64,000 nt of DNA, from the NCBI GenBank assembly GCA_018814355.1, contig JAHIZT010000037.1:5989-69988 (forward strand), in the 5' to 3' direction. Numbering within the stretch: the stretch's first letter is position 1; each line of letters opens with the position of its first letter. Below are positions 1 through 9,228 of the stretch, piece by piece. This stretch comes from Thermoplasmatota archaeon (GTDB taxonomy: Archaea > Thermoplasmatota > Thermoplasmata > UBA10834). The notes beneath the pieces are model-generated. The model did no database searches. It was not told the DNA's origin and worked only from the letters and a program-made list of their open reading frames with translations. Made by a program: the position numbers and the translations under genes.

Positions 1-3
1 GGT

Positions 4-642
4 ATGGTTCACACGAAAGCGGATCCATACTGGATGAACTGCTTCAGGATATTGAGATGCAGGAACCGCGAATTCGAGGGCAAGACAGTCGGGCAGATAG
101 CCGCCGCCAGGGATCAGGATCCGATCGACGCGACTCTCGATATTCTTGCAGAAGACATCGACACGATTTGGGTACAGTTTCTCGACGACAGAGGGACCGA
201 GACGGCCAACTCTGTTTTTCTCTCCCATCCCTCAGCCATGCCCTGCACCGATGCAGAAGTATACGGAGAGTTTAGGACAACGGACTCGATGCATCGGCCG
301 CCGCCAACTGCCTATGGCATGTTTCCTCACTACATCAGGACCATGGTTCGGGAGAAGGGGATGCTGAGCATCGAGCATGCATTGATGAAGGCAACATACC
401 TTCCGGCACGCAGGTTCGGATTGATGGACAGGGGGATTATCGAACCTGGTGCATACGCTGATATCGTTCTTCTTGACCCCAACTCCATCCGAGAGGTGAG
501 CGACTTCATGGAACCTGTGAGACACCCGGAAGGGATCGAGCTTGTCGTAGTGAACGGCAAACTCGTGTCTCGACGACAGAGGCAAACAGAGGAGAGGCCA
601 GGGAAGGTATTGAGATACAGAACAATCCGTCAGCGGAGTTGA
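4..642 (+). CDS. Amidohydrolase-family protein, C-terminal part (N-acyl-D-amino-acid deacylase / D-aminoacylase-like); 5' end lies outside the window
   Basis: The ORF runs from the window edge. The C-terminal segment ...GIIEPGAYADIVLLDPNSI...VVVNGKLV is typical of the metal-dependent amidohydrolase (D-aminoacylase) C-terminal beta-sandwich. Confidence 0.55.
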   Translation: MVHTKADPYWMNCFRILRCRNREFEGKTVGQIAAARDQDPIDATLDILAEDIDTIWVQFLDDRGTETANSVFLSHPSAMPCTDAEVYGEFRTTDSMHRPPPTAYGMFPHYIRTMVREKGMLSIEHALMKATYLPARRFGLMDRGIIEPGAYADIVLLDPNSIREVSDFMEPVRHPEGIELVVVNGKLVSRRQRQTEERPGKVLRYRTIRQRS

Positions 643-1195
643 GTATTCTCGAGGCAGGCCCAGCATCGGCTTGCAGAGTAGCCAAGTCGGTCTCGATTTG
701 ATTGATCGGAAGAGGGGATTTGAAATGAAGTTGGGCCAGACATTCCTTTCTTGACATCAATTAGCAGGGGATTGAGATGCCCAATGTTGGGCTTTGCGCC
801 AAGTCTAATTCCTTACTAGTAGTATATGTGCCAGTTTTAGTCACCGTCAGATTCCGAGCCATAATCCGGGCCCTCGCGCATTGCTACTTCTCCTGACATA
901 CTAGCTCCAAAACCGTTCTTCACGCTGAACTCGAATGAGGAGCGTGACCGCACAGGGAGTCGTGTGTGAGTGCGAATCTTTCGTCAATCTTCACCTATGT
1001 AGTTCATGGTTCTCCCGCCTTGGGCCAGTTGTGCAACGGGCACATGGGCGGGGAGCCTCTTTTAGCATGCCATCAATCATAGGATCATTGCACCCAGTCA
1101 GAGTCCATTCCGTTTTTCGTCTCACCGTTATTTTCATCAAATGAGCAGTCCGGTTTGAGCCTGCAGGTTCGAGTCAACGCAATCAGGATGTTCTC

Positions 1196-2227
1196 TCAAG
1201 GGATGGGTTTGTGGTACCAAGTGAAATGCTTCACGACTCTGAACCCCATGCCCTCGTAGAGCCTCAGTGGGTCGTGAGGATTCTCGACTTCCATGCCCAA
1301 CATAGCTTCTCTCATCCCCTTGTCCTTGAGGATCTTGAAGCTTCTCGCAAGCAGTGCGCGGGCCAGTCCTCTGCCCCTGTAATGCTCCCGGACGAAGACG
1401 TGTTCAGTATGCCCGCGCTTTCTTTCGAACTGCTGATTTTCCTCTTCTGCGATATAATTCAGGACCATTCCTGCAAGTGTGTCCCCGTCCCATGCTACCT
1501 GCCATAGATCAGGCTGGAAGCTGCTCGATTTCTTAAAAGCCTCAAAGTGCTCATCATCCCATTCGTTCTCGGAGAAGTCCCAGTCTTGCAGGCCGGCTTC
1601 CTTGTTCGCCTCCCATATCTTGCTGTATTGCCCGGGCACGACAGGGCGTATTTCGAAGCCAGCGGGGAGTGGCATCTGGGGGATCTCGTCTAGGCTTCGA
1701 ACCATGTCAAGCTCGTGCTGGACGGGTCGATAGCCGTTGGCCAAGACAATTGACTTCCACTCGTTTTCTGAGTCGTTGGCCCAGAGCTCGAAGAAGCTCA
1801 CACCCTGTTTGCCATCCTTTTTCGCTCTTCCCCGAATGTGTCTCTCATTGTACAGGAACAGCTCTTCACGGATCCCTCTGTCACGCCATTCCAGCAGAAG
1901 CTCCACTGAGTGGGCATACATCCTCTTGTCGTCTTCTCGATCTTCCCACCAAACCCTGGCGAGGGCGATCATCTTTCCCTCTGCCTCGGCAACGAGAATA
2001 TCCGCTTGGGGGTCGAAGTCGAGAGGATTGTCGAATTGAGCTGTCAAATCCTCCTCTGTCGTTACATAATCGACGCCGTCGGCCTCTCTGCTGCTAGTCA
2101 TAAGTGCAGCCATCGCAGGGAGCTCCTCCTTTCCTCGGTATCGGCGAAGCGTCAGTCCTTGGATTATGGGGAAGCCCGCGTCCTCAGTCCTATCAGAGAG
2201 TCTCTCTCCGTTTGTCATTTCATTCAC
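1196..2227 (-). CDS. Tandem-GNAT N-acetyltransferase (MshD/Eis-like two-domain architecture)
   Basis: 343 aa with two GNAT cores. The C-terminal acetyl-CoA motif reads HYRGRGLARALLARSF...GMEVENPHDPLRLYEGMGF. An N-terminal second GNAT-like domain is also present. Confidence 0.75.
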   Translation of the reverse strand: MNEMTNGERLSDRTEDAGFPIIQGLTLRRYRGKEELPAMAALMTSSREADGVDYVTTEEDLTAQFDNPLDFDPQADILVAEAEGKMIALARVWWEDREDDKRMYAHSVELLLEWRDRGIREELFLYNERHIRGRAKKDGKQGVSFFELWANDSENEWKSIVLANGYRPVQHELDMVRSLDEIPQMPLPAGFEIRPVVPGQYSKIWEANKEAGLQDWDFSENEWDDEHFEAFKKSSSFQPDLWQVAWDGDTLAGMVLNYIAEEENQQFERKRGHTEHVFVREHYRGRGLARALLARSFKILKDKGMREAMLGMEVENPHDPLRLYEGMGFRVVKHFTWYHKPIP

Positions 2228-2659
2228 AACGTGGTCGGATGCTCAGAGTGACCAGTCGTCTCCTGCCTGAACAAGGAATTGACAAGCTGTTCGGAGTTTT
2301 TGAAACTTCTGGGTTTCCCTCCAATCAGCAGCCCGATTTTGCGGGCAGCTTTGTGCATGCCACACGCATTAGGTCTTTTTCCATCCGAGGGCTATTGCAG
2401 CGCACGAGACCCTGTCCAAGTCTCTCTCTCAATATAGCGATATTGCTCTCTCCGGAGATCAACGATTTGAACGAGACAAGTCTTGTCCGTAGACCGAAGG
2501 AAGTAGTAGGCCCCTTGCCCTAGACAGCTCTGAGGACGTACATTCTTGTCAGGAACTGCCCTCTTCTGCTCTCTCTAACTTCTTTCATGCGACACTCATT
2601 CCCTCGGACGGTCCTCATATCCGAATTTTCATGGATGTTGAGAGTCAGGATCAAGCGGA

Positions 2660-3763
2660 TTGTATGGATCTAGGGGCTTCATCGTTATGAGGGAATCGCC
2701 AGGCACGCCGTCGGTAGACACCAGCAGATGGCTATCTTATCAGGAGTCTGCATTCTCTCGTAGACTCCGTGAAGGCAAATGCTATATCTCTGTTGGCGGC
2801 TCACCTTCCGCGATGGGCCAGATACGGTACAGACACCCAACTGAAGCAGACGTTGGCTCGATTGTCCGGGCGTGGAACCTGTCTCGACGCGGGATTCCGC
2901 TAGAACGAGATTTCACAATCGGGGAGCTTCGCGCCGAAATATTCGATGACGAGGACTATGACATCAACGGGAGCTGGGTTGCCGAGGCGAAAGGCGAGAT
3001 CGTCGGGTTTGGGTGCGGTACCGTTGAAAGGAGAAGAGTTGAATCTGGTCTGTTAGAAGGATTTGTTACGGTCGAGGTTGTCCCCGAGCACAGAGGACGT
3101 GGGATAGAGAAAGAGATAATGAACCGGGTGCTGGCTTATTTGCGGTCAAGACGCCTGGAGCGCGCTGAGCAATTCTGTCCAACGCTCACGGGATGGAGGA
3201 ACACGCTTTCTGAAGAATATGGATTCAGAGGCGTAAGACATTTCTTCAGGATGGTGCGCAAGGGAGGCAATCCTCCGAAGGACATCAGGATTCCAGCGGG
3301 TGTGCGTTTTGAGAGGAAGATGTTCAAGGACGCAGATGAGGGGGATGTCTCTCTACTGGTAGCGACCTTTAACGACACATTTTCGGAGCACTTCGGTTTC
3401 TCACCCGTATCGGCGAAGAGGTGGCTTCGGCTAAGGGATGCGTATGAGGATGTCGGCATGATCACATTTGCTGTGCGAGAAGGTCGGACTGTCGGGATAT
3501 GCTTCAGTGATGAGAGCGTCCTCTACAACAAGGAGCACGCCTCTGACGTCGGCTGGGTGTGGATGATCGGAGTGACGAAGTCGGAGAGAGGAAAGGGCAT
3601 AGGACGCGCGCTACTTGCAGATTCCGTCGCATGGCTTGCTGGAAGAGGAATTGGCACGGTCTACCTGGGACTCGACGCTGAAAACAGGAAGGCTTTGATT
3701 CTCTACACCTCACTGGGTTTTGACGTAATCCATGAGAGTGTTTACTACAGACTTGTTCTATGA
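2660..3763 (+). CDS. Tandem-GNAT N-acetyltransferase, paralog of the 1196-2227 gene; exact start uncertain
   Basis: 367 aa with two GNAT motifs (VPEHRGRGIEKEIMNRVLAYL and SERGKGIGRALLADSVAWLAG...LGLDAENRKALILYTSLGF). It is divergent from the other tandem-GNAT gene. Confidence 0.7.
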   Translation: MYGSRGFIVMRESPGTPSVDTSRWLSYQESAFSRRLREGKCYISVGGSPSAMGQIRYRHPTEADVGSIVRAWNLSRRGIPLERDFTIGELRAEIFDDEDYDINGSWVAEAKGEIVGFGCGTVERRRVESGLLEGFVTVEVVPEHRGRGIEKEIMNRVLAYLRSRRLERAEQFCPTLTGWRNTLSEEYGFRGVRHFFRMVRKGGNPPKDIRIPAGVRFERKMFKDADEGDVSLLVATFNDTFSEHFGFSPVSAKRWLRLRDAYEDVGMITFAVREGRTVGICFSDESVLYNKEHASDVGWVWMIGVTKSERGKGIGRALLADSVAWLAGRGIGTVYLGLDAENRKALILYTSLGFDVIHESVYYRLVL

Positions 3764-4120
3764 CTGCGCAGTCTTTTCTTGCCGGAGGCAAACCTTCTGG
3801 AAGAAGCGTTTCCGCTGGGGCAGATTCCTACACTCGAAATCGTCGAGAGTTGATATTGATTGCCTGGGCAAACAAGATCCTGGCTGCTTACAGGCACTTG
3901 CAGCACAAGAGGCCTCGTCCGAGTCTCTTACTTAACATTTCCGGGATATCGGTCAGCGATTCTGCTCGGTCTAGAAACCTCTCTTCATCCCGAAGCCGGC
4001 GTGCACATCAACAAGAAGAGCAACCTCGATAGGCTGGTGAAGTAAGTGGAAGCAGGTTTCATGTTGTTCGGATTTGCAGTAGTGGTCATCGGAATGGATT
4101 CAGCGCTATCATGTGGTGCT

Positions 4121-4618
4121 CTAGATTCTCCGCTTAGTATTGAGCGTTAGTAGATGGATAGTCACTCCGATAGCTACGGCGAGCATGCCGATTCGAACGA
4201 TTACGCTTTCGGTAGCGAACACAGCTGAGAACACAATGACGCCCCAGAGCACTGAAAGGGTTACGACCTTGGTCTTGATTGCCAGACCCTTTCCTTCCAG
4301 GTAGTCTCTCAGATAAGCGCCAAAGTACCTGTTCATCATCATCCAGTTGTACATCCGCATGGAGCCTCTGAGATAACACGCTGCTGCGATCAAGAGGAAG
4401 GGCGTCGTAGGCAGGAGGGGCAGGGGAATCCCAATCAGTCCTAGCGCGAGAAAGAGAGTTCCAACTGCATTCCAGAGAAGCCTGACGAGCTTGCTCTGGG
4501 CAACCGATATCCCTGGTGAGGGAGCGTCGGTCTGCGGCTCAGAAGAATCTCCTTCAATCATCAGTGACCTTGTCAGGACTGATTCACGAGGTATGATAAG
4601 TGTTTTTCTTGCATCCAC
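4121..4618 (-). CDS. YbaN/DUF454-family small inner-membrane protein
   Basis: It carries the DUF454 signature GIPLPLLPTTPFLLIAAACY and predicted TM helices, at about 165 aa. Confidence 0.65.
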   Translation of the reverse strand: MDARKTLIIPRESVLTRSLMIEGDSSEPQTDAPSPGISVAQSKLVRLLWNAVGTLFLALGLIGIPLPLLPTTPFLLIAAACYLRGSMRMYNWMMMNRYFGAYLRDYLEGKGLAIKTKVVTLSVLWGVIVFSAVFATESVIVRIGMLAVAIGVTIHLLTLNTKRRI

Positions 4619-4689
4619 TCGATTGGAATGATTCCTAGACCTAGTGCCGGAGAGATGCTATCCCAATCTCAGTGAGGAGTCTGCTCATG

Positions 4690-5790
4690 TCAACGTTCCT
4701 TCCATGACATTAGTCTGCTAGAGAGTACGAAGAAGACTGCACCCAGCACCATCAGTATCCCAAGGTTCGCCATTGCGCTCGCGGTGTTATCGAATACCAT
4801 CGTGTCTCTGAGCCCGTTGTTGAAGTAGGTCAGGGGCATGAAGGCCGCTATCGCTCTGATGAAGGTCGGCATCGCCTCCAACTGGAAGAACGCACCAGAG
4901 AGGAACATCATTGGGAACCCAATCACGTTCGCAAGCGCCACACTCGACTCCGGGTCCTTCACTACTACGCCGATGAGCATCCCGAGGGACACGAATAGGA
5001 ACGCCCCAGCTGGAATGAGGACAAGCGCCATCGGTGTCATGTTGGATCTCATGTCAAAGGCGATTCTGCCGACCGCGAAGGTGGCGAAAAGTGATACATA
5101 CAACAAAGCGGAGTAGAACATGAATTTCGAGATCAGCCATTCGTGCTTCCTCAGTTTGGTCGTTGCCAGGAGCTTGAAGTATCCTCGTTCTCTATATGAC
5201 GCGCAGATCGAGGACATCGAATATAGCGATGTGGTCATGACCGTGATGCCAACCACGCCTGGCAGGAAGAAGTCCATGTATGACATGCGCTCCTTAACAG
5301 GTTGAATGTCGAACGAGACCGTGGGCTGGGCTTCCTCCAGCACGTAGTTCAGGCCAGTAGTCGCCGCACCAAGTACCGCTTGTGCGGTCCCGAATGTCGA
5401 TCCGGAGCTATCTCCGAAAAGTGTTACATTGACCAATCGACTGTGGTTCTGAGCCATTGCCCTCGCGACATCCTCGGTGAAATTGCGCGGTATGAGGAGC
5501 GCTAACGAGAGCGACTTGTCGCTGATGTACTTCGTCAGATTCTCATGCGGGGATATCATCTGAATCTTCACCACGCCTGTGTTGTTGAGCGACTGCAGCA
5601 AGGCCACCGAGTACGGACCGTCGTCCAGATTCTGAACCGGCATGGTCAATTCCGTACCTTCTGACGATGTGAAAATCGCCCCGAAGAGCAGTATCAGAAG
5701 TACTGGGAATGCAAAGGTGAAGAACGCGCCTATCTTGGACCTGAGATACTGCGTCGCAAACCCTTTCAGATCAGCGATTATCCTGCTCAT
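4690..5790 (-). CDS. ABC-2 type transporter permease
   Basis: 366 aa polytopic membrane protein with an ABC-2 membrane-domain pattern. It overlaps the upstream ATPase gene by 4 nt (operonic). Confidence 0.8.
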   Translation of the reverse strand: MSRIIADLKGFATQYLRSKIGAFFTFAFPVLLILLFGAIFTSSEGTELTMPVQNLDDGPYSVALLQSLNNTGVVKIQMISPHENLTKYISDKSLSLALLIPRNFTEDVARAMAQNHSRLVNVTLFGDSSGSTFGTAQAVLGAATTGLNYVLEEAQPTVSFDIQPVKERMSYMDFFLPGVVGITVMTTSLYSMSSICASYRERGYFKLLATTKLRKHEWLISKFMFYSALLYVSLFATFAVGRIAFDMRSNMTPMALVLIPAGAFLFVSLGMLIGVVVKDPESSVALANVIGFPMMFLSGAFFQLEAMPTFIRAIAAFMPLTYFNNGLRDTMVFDNTASAMANLGILMVLGAVFFVLSSRLMSWKER

Positions 5791-6725
5791 TCCTTCAGCA
5801 CCCCCTCTTCCATCTTTGCTCCTACAAGCCCAAGGAACACGTCCTCGAGGGTCTGCCTCCTGGTGTACATGTCCTTGACGTTCAGTTGAAGCGCCGAAAG
5901 CTTGGCGAAGACGGTCCTCATCTCAGAAGGATCTCTCACTGGAACCATCACGTCCCCTTCTTCCTCGGTCGCAGTGATCCCTCTCCGAGAGATCTCCCTC
6001 AGACCATCCTTGCCCACCCCGACCAGCACGACCACCGTCACCTTGCTGTATTTCGCTATGAGCTCCTCTGGGCTCCCTCGTGCGATGATCTTCCCTTTGT
6101 GCATGATGGCCACATCATCCGAGAGCTTCTCAGCTTCGTCGAGATAGTGAGTAGTAAGGAATACCGTGGTTCCTTTCTTCCTGATATCCTCCACCAATCG
6201 CCATAGGTCTCTACGCGCCTTCGGATCGAGACCAGTCGTGGGTTCATCGAGAAAGAGCAGCTCAGGGTTGTTGATGAGCGACAATGCAATCCCCAGCTTC
6301 CTCTTCTCTCCTCCGGAGAGCTTCTTGGAAATCAGGTTCTTTCTGTCGGCCAAGCTAACGCTCTCTAGGAGGTCGTTCACCTCCTTCTTGGACATCCTTA
6401 TGTCGAAAAGCCCCGCCCAATACCTAACCGCCTCCGGCGGTTTGAGCTCGTCGAACGGTTCGAAGTTCTGAGGCAGGACACCGACTCTGCTTCGGATCTT
6501 GGTGTAGTCGCGAGTCACATCGACTCCGAAGATAGAGGCAGTTCCCGATGTCGGGCTCCTGAGCCCTTCGAGGATCTCCACGGTCGTTGTCTTGCCAGCG
6601 CCATTCGGGCCTAGCATGGAGAATATCTGCTTAGGTTTGATCATAGAAGAGATGTCATCGACTGCTTTCACATCTGGTGGATAGTGCTTAGAAAGATTCT
6701 CTACCTGGATGATCACTTCACTCAA
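5787..6725 (-). CDS. ABC transporter ATP-binding protein
   Basis: Walker A (GPNGAGKTT), ABC signature (LSGGEKRKLGIALSL), and Walker B (LLFLDEPTTGLD). Confidence 0.9.
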   Translation of the reverse strand: MSEVIIQVENLSKHYPPDVKAVDDISSMIKPKQIFSMLGPNGAGKTTTVEILEGLRSPTSGTASIFGVDVTRDYTKIRSRVGVLPQNFEPFDELKPPEAVRYWAGLFDIRMSKKEVNDLLESVSLADRKNLISKKLSGGEKRKLGIALSLINNPELLFLDEPTTGLDPKARRDLWRLVEDIRKKGTTVFLTTHYLDEAEKLSDDVAIMHKGKIIARGSPEELIAKYSKVTVVVLVGVGKDGLREISRRGITATEEEGDVMVPVRDPSEMRTVFAKLSALQLNVKDMYTRRQTLEDVFLGLVGAKMEEGVLKE

Positions 6726-6834
6726 GAGCGGTCACCGTTCTGGAGGAACCACATTGCATAACGAGTATAACTCATCTAGTGAGAACCCCCAGAGCTCCGC
6801 TGGCATTGTTCGTCATGTGCCAGATGAGAAGAAA

Positions 6835-7593
6835 TCAAGCAACGGTTCTATCCTTTTCATTCGGAGACCTCCCAAGGTCCATCACCAGCCGAATCCCCAT
6901 CGATCGATTCTTGTTGAAGTATGAAGACCAGTTGTCGTAGAAGACACCCGCCCGTTTGAAACCATAGTTCTCATAGAAGCGCCAATTGCTTGCCTGATCG
7001 TCAGCGTACACCGAAATCCTGGTAGATCCTTTCTGTTTGACGACGTCCACGAACCTGTCCATCAGGACGCTGCCTATTCCTTTGCCCCTGTACTTCGAAT
7101 CGACGAGGAATAGCATGACCTCGGCATCCGCATCGGGCCGGTTTACCAACAACTTCATCTCGACCATCAGGAAGTTCCAGAGCACGGTGGGAAGCCTTTT
7201 GATCCTGCCATACCTGCCCAGGACGAGTTTGGCGCCTGCTTTCATCTCGGAATGGACTATCCTTGTAGGAAATCCCTTGACGTGTCGTCCCCTAATCTCC
7301 CCGAATATGAGCCCAACCAGTTCCCCGTTGTCGAGACACGCGACATCCGTCAAGTTGGACCACGAAACTGCGATTTCGACATACGCTTCCATGATGCGCC
7401 ACCTCTCGAATCCTCCAAGGATGTGATCTTTGACCGGCCATGCTTCGGCTGCAAGCTTCGCGCATCTGATTAGGTCATTGGATGTGTACTCTCTGAAGTG
7501 CAGGTCCTTCAATGTATCGTTCGGGATGAATGCCCGATTCGGGCTTAAGCGTTCGCCAATATATGAGCAAAAAGCACCGAAAAGCGAGGCCAC
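6835..7593 (-). CDS. GNAT-family N-acetyltransferase
   Basis: It carries the motif SKYRGKGIGSVLMDRFVDVVKQKG...YENYGF. Its start codon abuts the stop of the upstream MvhD-HdrD gene, so co-transcription is likely. Confidence 0.7.
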   Translation of the reverse strand: MASLFGAFCSYIGERLSPNRAFIPNDTLKDLHFREYTSNDLIRCAKLAAEAWPVKDHILGGFERWRIMEAYVEIAVSWSNLTDVACLDNGELVGLIFGEIRGRHVKGFPTRIVHSEMKAGAKLVLGRYGRIKRLPTVLWNFLMVEMKLLVNRPDADAEVMLFLVDSKYRGKGIGSVLMDRFVDVVKQKGSTRISVYADDQASNWRFYENYGFKRAGVFYDNWSSYFNKNRSMGIRLVMDLGRSPNEKDRTVA

Positions 7594-9228
7594 CTATTCC
7601 TCTTCAGGCATGAGGTCGAGCAACTTGGCGAGAGCTACAGTGTAATCCTCTAGTTTCACGTCAATCATGGATGGGTCAACGGGCACTTTGTCCTGTATCG
7701 CACACATCATGTGTATCAGACACTTAGGGCAGAACATGAGAAGTCTCTGCGCCCCAACTCTCTTCGCTTCGACCACACGGTCCACCTGGATTCTTTTCGC
7801 GTTCGCGTTGCAGTTGGACCACGCACTCACACCGCAGCATACGGCTTTGTCTCTCGTGTTCTCCATCTCGACGAACTTCGCTCCAGAGAAAGCCTTGGCG
7901 AGTTCCCTCGGCGAGTCATAGACACCAGAATGCCTTCCGAGCCTGCATGAGTCGTGATAGCTGAATGTGAACGAGGGCTTCCTGACCGCATCCAGCTTCA
8001 GGGCTCCTGAATCCGCGAGCTGCTTGACGTAGTCCGCCATATGAACAAGTTCGAACTCCAGGTCGCCTGACAAGTCCTGGTAGTCGCTCTTGAAGGTCCT
8101 GTAGCATTCAGGACATGTGAAGACCACCTTCTTTGCTCCCGACTTTCGGATGAGCGCGATGTTTTGCTCCATGAGTCTCTCAAAGTTTGCCTCGTCACCG
8201 GTCCAGTTCAGGTCATGACCGCAACATTTCTCTTCGTTGCTCACCACAGGGACTACTCCAGCTTTGTTCATTATTCTGACTGCGCTCTCGCAGATCCTCT
8301 GCAGTCCGAGGTCCTTTCTATCATAGAAGATCGCGTCGTAGTGCGGCAGGCAACCTACGAAGTAGAACACATCGCCTTTCTCTGCTACCTTCAGATCCCT
8401 ACCAACCCAAGCGAGCCTATTCTGCTTCTGATCTCCCCTTGCCATCATCCTCTGGACGGAGTGGATCAGCCCTCCTTGGGAGCAGAGAGGCGCGGCGCCG
8501 AAACGTATCGCCTCCTCTCGCATTCCTCGGATGAATCCGGAATAGTCCACCTTGTACGGGCACATCGAGTTGCACTGTTCACATGTAGTGCATGTCCAGA
8601 TGTCCTTGTCCTTGGCTATGTTGTCGACTATCCCCTCCATGGCCCTCATGACTACGGTCCTGGGCGCAAAGTTGGTATCGAGCGTCGCAATTGGGCAGAC
8701 GGTCGTGCACTTCCCGCATTCGACACAATCGAAAGCGCCAGTGTCCTCGATCAGCTGCTTCACCATTGTTACGGTCTGCTCCTTGGTCCTGGTCTTCTTG
8801 ACCTTCGTCTCCTTCAGAAGGGGCGACGGTCCCAGAGCCCTCACTTCCTCGACGAACTCCTTGACGGCCTTGGCGAACCTCACCCTCTCAGAGGCGTTTA
8901 TCCACTCAGTCCTGAGCCTTCTAGAATCCAGTCCCATGATGTCGAAGAGTTTCTTCAGTGCGTCGATCCGTTCCTGCGCCCTCTTGTTCCCGGATACGTA
9001 GTGGCAGTTGTCCATCAGGCATCCTATCACCATGACCCCGTCAATGCCGTGTTCGAATGCGTCCATTATCGCTGCGGGCTCGACGCTTCCGCTGCACATG
9101 ACCCTGACAACGGTCACATTCGGAGGATATTCGATCTTGTTGACACCGGCCAAGCTGGCCGATGGATAACCGCACCAGGTGCAAGCGAACGCGATGATCC
9201 TAGGCTCGAACTTCTCACTCATTGACAT
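7594..9228 (-). CDS. hdrD: Fusion protein: MvhD/FlpD-like domain + HdrC-like 2x[4Fe-4S] ferredoxin + HdrB-like CCG domains (MvhD-HdrD fusion)
   Basis: The N-terminus (IIAFACTWCGYPSA...VRVMCSG...IGCLMDNCHYVSGN) matches MvhD/FlpD. It is followed by CVECGKCTTVCP and CTTCEQCNSMCP clusters and two CCG-type cysteine-rich domains (CCGHD... and CCGVSAW...). The start overlaps hdrA by 14 nt. Confidence 0.8.
   Translation of the reverse strand: MSMSEKFEPRIIAFACTWCGYPSASLAGVNKIEYPPNVTVVRVMCSGSVEPAAIMDAFEHGIDGVMVIGCLMDNCHYVSGNKRAQERIDALKKLFDIMGLDSRRLRTEWINASERVRFAKAVKEFVEEVRALGPSPLLKETKVKKTRTKEQTVTMVKQLIEDTGAFDCVECGKCTTVCPIATLDTNFAPRTVVMRAMEGIVDNIAKDKDIWTCTTCEQCNSMCPYKVDYSGFIRGMREEAIRFGAAPLCSQGGLIHSVQRMMARGDQKQNRLAWVGRDLKVAEKGDVFYFVGCLPHYDAIFYDRKDLGLQRICESAVRIMNKAGVVPVVSNEEKCCGHDLNWTGDEANFERLMEQNIALIRKSGAKKVVFTCPECYRTFKSDYQDLSGDLEFELVHMADYVKQLADSGALKLDAVRKPSFTFSYHDSCRLGRHSGVYDSPRELAKAFSGAKFVEMENTRDKAVCCGVSAWSNCNANAKRIQVDRVVEAKRVGAQRLLMFCPKCLIHMMCAIQDKVPVDPSMIDVKLEDYTVALAKLLDLMPEEE

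Noticed and set aside
1150-1185. T-arm-like motif (cctgcaGGTTCGAGTCaacgc) suggesting a tRNA or tRNA fragment upstream of the first GNAT gene
   Set aside because: The 3' side of the putative T-stem (caacg) does not pair with gcagg. No acceptor, D or anticodon arms can be drawn on either strand.
2104-2523. 139-aa plus-strand ORF spanning the divergent GNAT spacer
   Set aside because: It has no motif and overlaps the 5' end of the minus-strand GNAT gene. The composition is Ser/Arg/Pro-rich, so it is probably spurious.
8164-9225. Long antisense ORFs inside real genes (353 aa opposite the hdrD fusion; also 20550-21581 opposite GGR, 22174-23064 opposite the radical SAM gene, 31241-32113 opposite serS, and 28712-29516 opposite the giant gene)
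   Set aside because: The translations are low-complexity, Arg/Pro/His-rich and motif-free. This is typical of stop-codon-poor antisense frames in about 60% G+C DNA, while the sense strands carry strong family signatures.
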